From: Klebsormidium nitens
Taxonomy: Eukaryota > Plantae > Klebsormidiophyceae
Reading direction: 5' to 3'
DNA: 64,000 nucleotides
NCBI GenBank assembly: GCA_000708835.1
Contig: DF237024.1
Coordinates: 62,001-126,000, forward strand
The notes under the pieces were generated by a model that did no database searches, had not been told where the DNA came from, and was given only the letters and a program-made list of their open reading frames with translations. Position numbers and translations under genes: made by a program. Below, in pieces: positions 41,401-52,900 of this stretch. The first letter of the stretch is position 1, and each line of letters starts with the position of its first letter.

Positions 41401-44400
41401 CCCGAGATTGCAATCCTGGTGAGTCAATCCTTGTTTGATTGTGTTCTCTTTTGCATCCATGTCCCCTTGTCTTGCAGGTCTTTTGACAAACATGGCGATC
41501 AATCCGGTCATGTCATCAGCCGCTTCCGCGGATTTGTACTCACGTCGATACGTCGACACTTGGTGTTTTAGACTACAGTCGCAACAGAAACTGATGAACA
41601 TCCCGCATTTTTTGTATGCCTTATCCATTTCGAGCCTGCTCGGCAGCATGTTTCAGAACACCCATTCTACAGAAAAGCAGAAGGAGTCGTTCTTGATCAT
41701 GTCATGAGCTTGCTTCTATCATTGGTCGCAGCAGCAGAAGCTGAGGCTCATGCTCGAAGTCATCGTATTCTTCTTACCATGCCGCAATGCGCTCCATCAT
41801 CAGAACTTCGTACGAATGACTACATTTGTCACAACAGTGACACCGTCTCCACCGGCCCCTTGCAGGACTACCAATCGCAGCAGCTGAAGCTGATGCCTAT
41901 GCTCGCGTCCTCGTACGCTTTCTACTTCGCCGCCGACTATTTGGTGAAGCGTTACGCGGAGATGAAGATGACCCACGACGAGGCGATCGTTGCGGACGTG
42001 CACGCGCTCTCGGCGGGGCTCAAGGCGCACATCACAGCGTATACAGCGAAGGTGAGAAGCCAGAACGATGCTATTTGCTCTGTGCTGAATGCTTGGGTGA
42101 CTGGAAAACCTGTCCTTTGGTACTTCGTACGACGTGTCATGCGCAAGGTGTGGGTGAGAATGTTCAGTAGATTGGAGTAGAGAAGCGGAGTACTTTTGAC
42201 AGCAGTGTTCTTCGAAAGGGATGGGCAGGAGATTCCTTTGAAATCGACATTCAAAGTTTCTGAAGACTAGGTGCTTTTTACGTCCAGCAGCAGACAGCGA
42301 AAGCTTCTAATCAACAATCTTTCTTTTTCATCTTGCTTATCCTTGCCGCTCGCTTCGCTCTTGGTCTTCTTGGCGTTCAGCTTTTCCGTGTGTTGAGCCA
42401 ACAACGTGATTCATTCTCTGCCGCCCTTCATCAGCAGAACTGAGCATGACGCGGAGCGCGTGCGGGTCAATTTATTCGGCCCCAGATATTATTTTATAAC
42501 CCGATCTCTTGAGTTCCGTCGAAACAATCTCAGTCTGCCACGACGCGATTGATCGACTTCCGTGCGCCCGCTTTGGTTTTTCTACGGCAGGACAAAACGA
42601 ATGGAAAAATAACAGACCACAACGTCATTTGCAGTCGCTCAGCGTCTGCCGGGAGGCGTGCGGCGGACACGGCTACGCGGCTGTGAACCGGTTCGGCGCT
42701 CTCCGTAATGACCACGACATCTTCCTGACGTTCGAGGGCGACAACACCGTGCTGCTGCAACAAGTCGCGGCGGACCTGCTCAAGCAGTACAAGGAGAAGT
42801 TCTCGGGGGGTGCGCTCGCGGTGAGGATGTATTTTGGTTTTTACACCCTGGACATTGTAGGGTTTGAAATCTAAAAACACTGAGCACTGAGCGCCGAGAT
42901 GTCTGCGTCTTGGAGATGACTTTCGCAAGCAGTACAAGGAGAAGCTGTTGGGGGTGTGGTCGCGGTGAGGATCTCAGTCGAAGGTCTACATTTCCAAGGA
43001 CACAATCTGAGGCCTTTAGAAGTCTGGAGACGTGGCGCTGAGGAGGTCCTAGAGCTCAGCCTCTTGTTGGCGATTTCCTGCGGAACATCGTGCGAATTAC
43101 GCGCAGAACTATCCTCTTTGGAGGAGCGCAGGTCGTAGAGAAATGCGGGGATTAGTGGGATCGGAGATTATACAGTATACAGTAGACAATTTACGCTTTA
43201 GCTTGATAAGCGGTGGCCCTCAAGACCGCGGAATCGAGGGTCAGCAAACTTGAAGGCGGTTGCAGCATAAGCAGCGTCGATAAGCGGTGGTCTGTCGATG
43301 CAGGTGACGTGGCTCTACCTCCGGCAGCAGATGGCCACGTACACGTCGCAGACGAACCCGGTTGCGACCCATCGGGGCAGCGCGGAGCATTTGCGGGACC
43401 CAACCTTCCAGCTCAACGCGTTTAGGGTGAGCTTTTCCAGAAGTGCTTGTTGACCACCGGTTACCAAAAGTGCTTCCTAAGCGATTGAGACCTGAGGGTG
43501 GCCGCGGGGTGGTTGGCAGGAACAGGCGAGCTCTGCGTGACGGAGTCCGTTCTGCTTTTCACTCCACACGATCTCCGATGCTGAAGGAAGCTTTGGAGTC
43601 ATTTCTCAACTCTGCGCGCTGGTGTTGAGCGTCTGTCGCACTGTTCGTTTTCTCTTCCCTGTTTCGTTCAAATTGTCAATGTCACCGGTCCGACTCTCCA
43701 CCTGGACTCAAGATTGTGTTCGGGCGACTTGGAGAGGACAGAATTCAAAATCCGGGAGATCGTGGCGTTCGGATTCGAGACGGACGTCCATAACCGAAAT
43801 GGACTGGTATTGGGAAACGACATTTGACTCTCACTTCTATGCTCGAGCCGTTCTGCCCGCCGTCAAACGGGGAGAAGAAAATCAGTACATGTGTCGACGT
43901 TCAAAACAGCTTCAAAACAGCGTTCCTCGAACGTCCAAATTTCATCGTTGCAGTATCGGACGGCGATGCCGCTTCACACGGCGACGCTCCGGCTGCGCAA
44001 GAACAGTGTGCGGCTGGGCAGCTTCCAGGCGTGAAACCGCTCTTCCAAGTCAGAATTGAAATCTGTGACACTTGAAATTGTTTCCTGAACGTCCGATCTC
44101 CGATGTGCAGTATCGGACGGCGACGCTGCTGCACACGGCGGCGCTGCGGCTGCGCAAGCACAGCGCGCGGCTAGGCAGCTTCCAGGCCTGGAACCGGTGC
44201 CTGAACCACCTGCTCACGCTCGCTGAGTCGCACATCGAGTCCGTCATCCTCGCCAAGTTCGTCGAGTCGTACAAACGGTAAGAGCTGCCCGCTCCGGAAT
44301 CAGTGCGGACTTCATCTGCACACAGGTTTCTGTGCATGTTGTCGTTACCATTCCATTTGCTCATATAGATTCTTGTTTGCGCCTGTTTGGCTTGTTGTTG

Positions 44401-45359
44401 TCTGCGTATGCTCGCCGCTCACTTCATACGCCTCCTACTTTCCTGTCATACCTCGTCACTGAGACGCGTTGGATGTCCACTGTGAATGACGCGATGTCGA
44501 CCCCTTGCAGTTGACTGCATGCTTCGACTAGCGCTGTATTGAACATGGCTCCTTTTTCCGCCAGTTTATGCTAAGCACGCGAACTGTGGTAGGTCAGGCC
44601 TGCTTAGTGGCTGACCCGACGATTTATCCCCAAAATGCTGGAAAAACAAAAGCAATATTATGCAGACCTTACGGACATCAAATCAGGAGGCTTCAAGGGA
44701 GGCACTGTACTGCGGGAGGAGCAAGATAACGTTTGCTTCTTGCATCCGACACCTTCCTCTTCACGTCTTGGCAGGTGCCAAGATCCCGAGGCGCGCTCCG
44801 CGCTCAAAACTCTTTGCGACCTGTACGCCCTTGAGCGGATTTGGAAGAACATTGGTTCCTTCAGGAACGAGGACTACGTGGCGCCGAGCAAAGCGAAGGT
44901 GGGACTGCTGATTCTTTCAGTCCCAATTGCCTCCATCAATCTATCCCTCTGACGGTATTACTAGAGCTCGTGGAGCCACGCTTCGATTAAACTGGCGCAA
45001 AACTGGTGCAAGCGGTCTCGTTACGCTTCGGCTGCTTTTTAATTCTGCGCTTGACATCAGGCTGCTGGTGTAAACGTCAAACAAAGGTGGAGCCGACTGG
45101 CCCGAGTTGGGTCAGAACCATGGATTGCTCGAGTCTCAGTCCGATGAATTTTGACTGTCAAAGTTTCTTTGAGTATCTCCTGACGTTCAATTTCCCTCTC
45201 CAGGCAATTCAACGGCAAGTAGAACTATTGTGCTACGAAGTGCGTGGCATGTCGGGACAGTTGGTAGACGCCTTTGGCATCCCCGACTCGATGCTGCGGG
45301 CACCCATTGGGCTGAAAACCGGCCAATACGCGGAATACAGCTCGATGATTGGATGGTAG
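38436..45359 (+). CDS. ACX2: Peroxisomal long-chain acyl-CoA oxidase (ACX2-like) with N-terminal PTS2, 10 exons
   Basis: Exons 38436-38988, 40005-40356, 40881-40965, 41290-41418, 41866-42051, 42635-42820, 43304-43426, 44111-44277, 44775-44898, 45204-45359. Motifs RLQKLALHL (PTS2 RLx5HL), [69 protein letters not shown]. Confidence 0.96.
42926..42972 (+). repeat. Intronic copy of the 3' end plus donor of ACX exon 6
   Basis: caagcagtacaaggagaagctgttgggggtgtggtcgcg|gtgaggat versus true caagcagtacaaggagaagttctcggggggtgcgctcgcg|gtgaggat (42781-42828). Confidence 0.9.
43924..44040 (+). repeat. Intronic copy of acceptor plus first ~85 nt of ACX exon 8
   Basis: ttgcag|tatcggacggcgatgccgcttcacacggcgacgctccggctgcgcaagaacagtgtgcggctgggcagcttccaggc versus true gtgcag|tatcggacggcgacgctgctgcacacggcggcgctgcggctgcgcaagcacagcgcgcggctaggcagcttccaggc at 44111. 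Confidence 0.92.
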
Positions 45360-46791
45360 AAGGATCATTGTCGTTGTAAAATAGTAAGCAGGCAATATCT
45401 TATGATTATCCAATACGTTCATGAGAAGCTAAGCTCCTTCGCAACTGTTGAGGTTTGAGCGTGGCGGCCAACATTTTTTTGGCACGATTATATAACGGCT
45501 CGACTAGGTATGGTGGACTTCATGCAAATTCCTACATAATTGATTTAAGTGACGTTCAGCGTTGAGCTATAGCTGGCATCAAATGTGGACCTTCCGACCA
45601 AGTTAATTTATCAAATGGTACCGTACGGGGTCCTATTTGAGGACTCCGGATTGGTGTTTTTCCAAGTCTGATGACCGATGATCTTTGAAACTCAAAAACA
45701 CGCCTGATATTAAGCAATGATATGGGCTCGCGACGGATCGCGCCTGGCGTCATAGTGTACACGCTTGAGAGTGACCCCTGAGTCACTCGAGTGAAATGAT
45801 ATTGGGTTAAATCGAACGTCGCTGTTAGAGCTACACTGGCAGCGGTGCACTGAGGCCTCCGATCACGAATGGCAGGGCATCGCAGCGCATTGTGGTACAG
45901 TGTCACAGCTCTGGATTGGTTTGGCTGCTATAGAAAACCTTTGTTGTACTTTGGAGTCTCATGTCACGCCCTCAATTGGCTAGTCAATATGTCATTAATG
46001 TCCACTTGCATGATCTACAAATCAGCCTCGGCAGAGGTCGAACTTAGGCGGACTGGCGGCCGGAGACTAGCCTAGCTCTAGCCTGTATCATATCAGTGTT
46101 ACAGTACCGTCTCAGGCTAGCGCTAGGGACAGGGTCTGCAGCGCGCGGCGGCAGAAGATCATTCTGCAGTGAGACGCGCAAGGCGGCCCGGGCGGCCAGA
46201 ACATCTTGTGCGCGCGCAACATGCTCCTGATTGCTTGACCGTCGATGAGTCACATCCACGGTGACAATCTCCATTGTACAAATACTTCATGCAGATGGCG
46301 CACGTGCCGCTGTCGCAACCTGCGCATGCAGGTATGCGCCGGCCGACATGAGCCGTGCAGGCAAGCTCAGGCTGGCAAGTACCTACCGTAGCTGCGCTGA
46401 GCGTTGGACTTCTCATGCTAGGTTAAAATTTCACGCCACATACTGAGTCGTGCAGACCCAGTGGCTCGAGAGCCTTCTCTTACCCTTATTCTCCGCACAA
46501 ATGTCTGTCTAACATCGTAATTAGAAGAGGACTCATGGAAACATGAATAACTTTTAAATCTGTATCGCTCACGTGTGATTGCTTGTCTAGGACGCCCCCG
46601 GCATTCGCCACTTCATGCATGAACTGAAGCAATACAAATGGGGCTGGTGCTTGTGCATCCTCATAGTGCGCTCGTGCGCTCCAAAAGTGAGGTAAAAAAC
46701 CAATGAGATAGTAACTCTTTGGAACTGAATCACAACCAAGCACATTCAGCATGCGCCAGCTGCTCATTCTACCCTAGGCTTTCTTTCCAAA

Positions 46792-49700
46792 ATGAGGGGC
46801 GCTGGAGGGACCCTCAGCCCCACCCGGGGGGCGCGCAGGAAGCCGCCCTCTAGTTCCTGCAGCTACAGCTCCGCTCCCACAATATCGCTATGTCTGTCCC
46901 TTGCTTTTCTCGTTTTCATGGCGACCCACCTGGGGGGAACGCGTGACAGCAAGGTCGCCCACTCGCAGCCCACTGAAGTAACGACGGCGAGAAAGCTTTC
47001 GGGAGAGGGGCTCGATTTGTGGCGGGGGTATGAGCGAGCGGGGCAAAATGGCGGAGGAAAGAAGATGGATTTGGAGGAAGAGCTGGAAAGGGATTTGAGC
47101 AATGAACAACCGTTGCATGAAACAGAGGGATCGATGAGAAACAGGAAATCGAGAACGAGGGGTGGGGAGGGAAGTTTTGGACGTCCAAGAAAGGTGCCCG
47201 TGTCTGAACAGGAGGCGGGAAAGGTAGCAGCCAAGGCGGGTGTGATTAAGTTCGAAATGCAGCAGGGGGGGGTGGATGCGGAGGTCTCCGGAGAGAGTGA
47301 GTGGGAACGGATCCAACGGGAGGAAACCACCGGCAGCAGAACTTCGGAGGAAGGCTCTGGTGAGAAGTCTGAGCTCGAGGGTGAGCTTGTGCGGAGCCTT
47401 AATGTTCAAGGAGCGTTTGCAAATGAGAGGGCGGACGATTTGCGAGAATCGAAGGATGAGAGTAAGACGCCCCACAGTCAAGGGGGTGGCTCTGGGTTTC
47501 GGATTGAGGTTGAAGAATCCAGCTCGTTGAAGAGCAAGGAAAGGAAAGCTGATTTCGAGGGGGGTGGTTCTGAGATGGGGGGGTCAACATCTACAATGCA
47601 GGAAACCAAGGAACCCGAATCACATTCGGTGGTTCCCATCGGTACGGAGAGCATCGAGCTGGGGAACCTTGGTCAAGGTCAAGCTAACCAGCTGCAGAAC
47701 CCGAGTTTAGCTGGGCAGCAAGAGGAGGGGAACGGGTTCGGGGTGGCACACTATTCGGGTCAACTTGCCCAGATTCCAAGTGCAGTCACAGTAACGTTTG
47801 ACGACGAGATTCTAGAAAGTCGAAATCCTGAAGCAGACATGGGTCAAGCTAACCCGGTTGAAAGCCGCCTGTCTGCCAGGCCTCAGGAAGAGCAAACCGA
47901 GATAGGGGCTCTAGGAATACTGAAGGCTGCGCAAGCAAACCGAGATCGAAACCAATCTACAGTAGATGAAGAGGGATTCGAGGGTGACAGTCGAAGTGCA
48001 ACAAAAGCTGGTCACAGTCACAGTGACCAGGTTGAGGAGCGCCCCTTGATTCGGTTCGGAGAGAAGCCCACAAAGCAAGTCTTGATGGTTAAAGAGTTCT
48101 TCGAACACAACGAGATAGAAAGCTTAGGACACGTGTCAGACGATGAAGGGAGCTCCGGGGGCACGGACCTCGATAAGCCGTTCGATGACGACCTGGCTTT
48201 GGCCGTGCTGCCAGAGTTTGGGGATCGGTTATTTGCAGTGGCCAATAATGTATCAGAGGCAGGTGGTAGCACACAGAACGTTCTGGTTCGGACTTCCGAA
48301 ACTGAAGCGCCCCATCCGTTCCTTGCGAAGCACAACAGCAGCTCCCAATACGAGAAAGCGGTAGTTAACGGACGGTTAGTAGACGTTACCTACCGGCAAG
48401 CGCTGCTACGATCGTTTCAAGACGGCCTAGACTGCATGGCTCTGGGGCTGGAGCTTTTCGACGGGAACGCATCGCTTACGACCGGAGCGAGCGCTTATGG
48501 CAGCTGCGCCTTCGTGGGGAACTCTGGGATGATGCGCGCGGCGGAGCGCGGGGCGGAGATCGACGGCCATGACGTCATACTGCGGTCCAACCAGGCACCC
48601 ACAAAAGGCAAGCAGTGCTTTGCACAAGAGCGAAGCTGGAAGTGTCGGGTCACAAGTAGGACGATCAGCGATAACCCGGTAATACAGTATTGAAACAATC
48701 GGCAAAAACCATTGACATGGTGCAGTTGTTGAAGCTGCCTTTGGAACGAAGTAAAAGATGTAGCTTTTCAGATAATCTAGCGAGATGATGACACGCTTGT
48801 ATTAGGCCTCCAACGACCACCTGCGTGCGAAGCTCCTCATTTGCTGTGTCGTCATGCCCGCAGGTTACGAAAACTTCGTGGGCTCAAAGACGACCTTCCG
48901 CTTCCTCAACAAGAAGTGGGCGGTGGTTTACGCGAGCTCCACCCAGGTGAGCAGTTAAACAACTATCGTTTGCGGTACGTACTGCCTTGGTTACTTCCTT
49001 GACCCTTGCCAAGTGGCTACAGAAGGCTGCCAACTAAGGAAGGAAAACAGGGGCGGGGCGAACCCGAATTCTGTCACACGCGTAAAGATTACCGACCACC
49101 TTGCTCAATAGTGGGTCCCCAAGCCAGGAGCTTTGCGAATACCGGGTACGATCATCGTTCGCGCTGATTCGCCCAGCAATTGTCAACCGAGGAAGACAGA
49201 AAACGAGACTCGGCCGCAGACGCACCGGCTCGTTAACAGCATCCGATGTCGTTCACCTTCTTTGACCCCGTACGTCGTCGTACTAATGCTTTTTCACCTC
49301 CTCGTAGACGATGTGACATGCGCTTCGTTATTTCTCCATTTCGGTCCTGCATCTCGTCTGCTACCTTTCTCTTTTTGCTCACTCATGAAGCCGGCCCAGT
49401 CCGTAGGGCGGAGACTTTCTTCTCTCACACAAGGACCACCCGCACAGATTTGATTGTTTCTCGTTACTACTTTGTCAATCACTTTACTCTTGCGTTTACT
49501 TGTTAGCGTATCAAACCTCACTGTGCAGGGCCGCGGCATCCTTCCCCCGCACGCAGACCCCGGTACTCTTTACATGTTCCGCCCTGAATCTCTTACCAAC
49601 AATCACCAAACACCAGCCCCCACTGTGCAGGGCCGGGGCATTCTTCTGCCGCAAGAAAACCCCGGTACAGTTCTGATTGCGTCCCGGTCGGAGGAGCCTG

Positions 49701-51248
49701 AGTACTCGCGGCTGGTACAAGCGGTCGGGGAGACGCGGCCCGACGTCACCGCCGTACACCTGTCAGGGGAGGTCAGGCGATGCGCACACGTGGCGCTGCA
49801 CTTGGCGCGACAGGTGGGCGGATTTCTTGAATTGCCGCAATTGAATAAGAGGATTTCCGGCTGTCCTTTCCCTTCTGTTTGCGGCGCTAAAGCGGGTTTG
49901 AAAAACCGAAAGGTTTCACTGAAGAGTGTCGCGGCCTCGACGAAAGACAGGCTGCCGTTCGATTTCAAGGCGACTTAAAGCATGAATTGCTTTGATTCAT
50001 AGGCTCTTCTACAGGGGTTACACGGAGGAACGGAATTTAAAACTAAAAACAAGGAACCGCTTCTGAAATGTAAGAAGCAGAAGCTGGGCAAATGACCATT
50101 TACACTTGTGAATGTGAGTTCCATCCTTATCATCTAATGAAATTCTTTCTTGCAGGCTGCAAATGCGCACGAGATCGAGTACGAAGGAGGTGACGTGGTA
50201 AGTGATTATTTGCTCAGTGTCTGCTTCAAAGGACTGGTCAGCCGACTTGCTTCGGATGCAGACCTGAGCACCTATACTCTTCCAGATGCCTCTCGTCGGG
50301 AAACTAAATAGGGAGAATTATGCTCTTAAGAAGTCAACCATTTCAACATGCCCCGCATTATGCGGGAATCTTCGTAGACACTTCTTGAAGAAATACCATA
50401 AAACGCTCTGGCTTGAGAGTTCGGCCGAAAGTTCGCATCCTTTAAACCTTGGCAACGAGGCGTACGAGCCCGTTTCTAGAGCAGGATCTGCAGGCGAGTC
50501 CATTCGTTCGTGCGCAGTCAGGCAGAGAAAGCCAGTATCCCTGAAAGCGAATGTGCACACATCCGCGAAGCAGCTGGTGGGTCAAAAGCCGTCGAATTGT
50601 AGTGAAATATCACTTGTCTTTGACTGGGCTCCAGAGGACGGGCTGGTCACCGAGGAGACCCATTTAGAGCGTCTCGTCCCGCTCAAGTTTCTGCAAGCCT
50701 GAGATTTGACTTCACCAAAGCTAGTCCACTTGATTCTGAAAATGTACAGCAGTTTCGAACGCTGACGTCGAAACGATCTTCCGGACTTCAACGGCTCTTC
50801 AGATTGTGAGGCACAACTTTGCCACGACGAACATGTACTCACCATATGGTGGGTCGTGGGAAGTTTATATTTCTCAATGTTCTTGGACCCGCCTTGAATG
50901 CTTTTAAGTCCGAATTCTCAAAAACTCCGAACACGAGCGAAAATCTCCTCTTGTCTCAGAACCGATACTTAATTCTCGCAGCCGAGCACCGGCTTCCTGG
51001 CCATCTTCTTCCTCCTCCAAGCCTGCAAGTCCGTCGACGTCTACGGCCTCTCCATGGAGCGGAGCGACGGCCACGTGGCGCAATCGTGGCCGTACCACTA
51101 CTTCGAGCACTACGTGGACAGCGAGAACCTGCGCGCGCACCCCCACCACTCGTTTCAGATGGAGGGCGACCTGGTCAGGGCAATGGCAGTCGAGCGGCCC
51201 GCCCGGCTGAGGGTCATGGAGGAACCCCATACGACAGTCGAGCCTTAA
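46792..51248 (+). CDS. Glycosyltransferase family 29 (sialyltransferase-like), type II membrane protein with very long acidic stem
   Basis: Exons 46792-48607, 48864-48946, 49631-49813, 50156-50197, 50982-51248. N-terminal TM (ISLCLSLAFLVFM); sialylmotif L [37 protein letters not shown]; motif S PSTGFLAIFFLLQACKSVDVYG; motif III YHYF; motif VS HSFQME. Confidence 0.9.
49519..49570 (+). repeat. Copy of acceptor plus 5' end of GT29 exon 3, 102 nt upstream and in frame
   Basis: cactgtgcag|ggccgcggcatccttcccccgcacgcagaccccggtac versus cactgtgcag|ggccggggcattcttctgccgcaagaaaaccccggtac at 49621. Confidence 0.9.
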
Positions 51249-52276
51249 TAAGCAACTCAAACACATTAAGTACCTATTTGATAGTGATTCTTTCGCGTCA
51301 AAGCTGATGGGTACTGCCCCCACGTGTAGCACCATCCGACAAAACTAAGATCCAGTTTGGATCTGGCCGTCTGGTTGCGTCAAAGTGTGGGATGCAATCA
51401 GTATCAGGTTAGATTTTCCAGTGTTAGGTGCAACACGAGACGCTACGTTGAACCAGGTAGTAAGAGTTGAGGTGTCTAACGACCAGGTTTGAAAAACGTT
51501 GAGCGGCCCAGTTGGGAGGCTCACCGATCAGGCGTGTGAAGATTCATTGGACTCGAGCACGCAGTCAGACGGGAACTTCATGTCGAGTACGAGAATTCTG
51601 TGAGGATACTGACCTAGCTACAGTCACATCCGACAACCAGCAAAGCTACAGACGCCAGGAATACAAGGAGTTCATCAATTGTCAGTGCGATACTAAGTAC
51701 AACGATTTGTCGAGTCGCCTGCAACTGGGGGGCCGCCTACCTTTGGTGCAATCAGTTCCCTTATGATGATAAGGTCTGACCAAAGCCGGCGATATATCCG
51801 CGCCGCTGCTTCAATATTCTGCAAGCCAGTATCGACGACTCATCCGAAAATCGTTTCAAGTTTGGGTATATGGCTCCGATATGGCAAAAGAATTCCGAAT
51901 TGATGAATTGATCACTGTATGATCGCTGTGAGTCTGAAGTTCAATGCGCAATCCCCGCAACCTAGTACGGTAACCACAACTAGTAATCTAGCCTGTTCGG
52001 ATCCTCTTCATAAGAGGGCACTACATAGCTGCTCAGCTTGAGCCAGTTGCACGCACTATATGATGCCAGTATGTGCACTGAACTTAGTCGATTAATTGCC
52101 AAATGTCAACTTATCGCAAAGAATCGAAGCTGAGCATGATTAACTATGACTTGATTCGCGCCGCCGCGACGGTCTCGAGTAAAATCTGTGACCACAACAA
52201 TAGAGTGATGCAAAGATCATTCCGACCGGATCTGATACCATACTCGCGACGGTCATGAAAAGTGTAATTGATCAAC

Positions 52277-52320
52277 TTAAAAGATTGATCAATCTTTTAA
52301 CTCGAGTTCGTCGGAACTCG
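52277..52320. repeat. Perfect 24-bp palindrome followed by 7-bp stem hairpin
   Basis: ttaaaagattgatcaatcttttaa (52277-52300); cgagttc-gtcg-gaactcg (52303-52320). Confidence 0.9.
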
Positions 52321-52900
52321 TTAGATCCCGCCATGACATGACAAGATGGGAAGGAGTTGGACTAGACCCAGCTAGGCATCACACGATCATGTTTGGAAAG
52401 CAAAGATTCACTGCATCCGATATACGTGAGTGACTGGCCGGGCGTGCACCATGGCTGCCTGGCTGGGCCTGGGGCTAGCGTGTCGATTCCCAATAGCCAC
52501 ACAACTTTAGAGGCTACTGACTTACATACAATCATACGAATTGGAATGCATACTATGATATTCAAGACACGAAGCGTGCTTACAAGGTTCATCACAAAAT
52601 ACAAAGTGGATACAACAATTGACAGCACTATGACATCGGTTGGCAGTGTGGCAGGGACGCTCTGCACCAATTTCCAAAACGAGCGAGTGCAGTAACACAC
52701 TTGCCTGTCCGCCTGCTTAAAGGACTTATTGTGTGCCGGCAGAAAACGTACTGCAACGACAACAGATCCACCGACGAACACTCTTTTGCATGCACAACTG
52801 CCTTTGAAGCATCAATGTGCGCGCCCAGGAGATAGGAAACACTGCAGCATATCAGCTAAATGCAAATCGTTGAGTGACTTTGCTGAGCAAGTGAAGCCGC

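Noticed and set aside
46863-47481. Minus-strand ORFs within the GT29 first exon
   Set aside because: Shadows of the Glu/Gly-rich plus-strand stem region.
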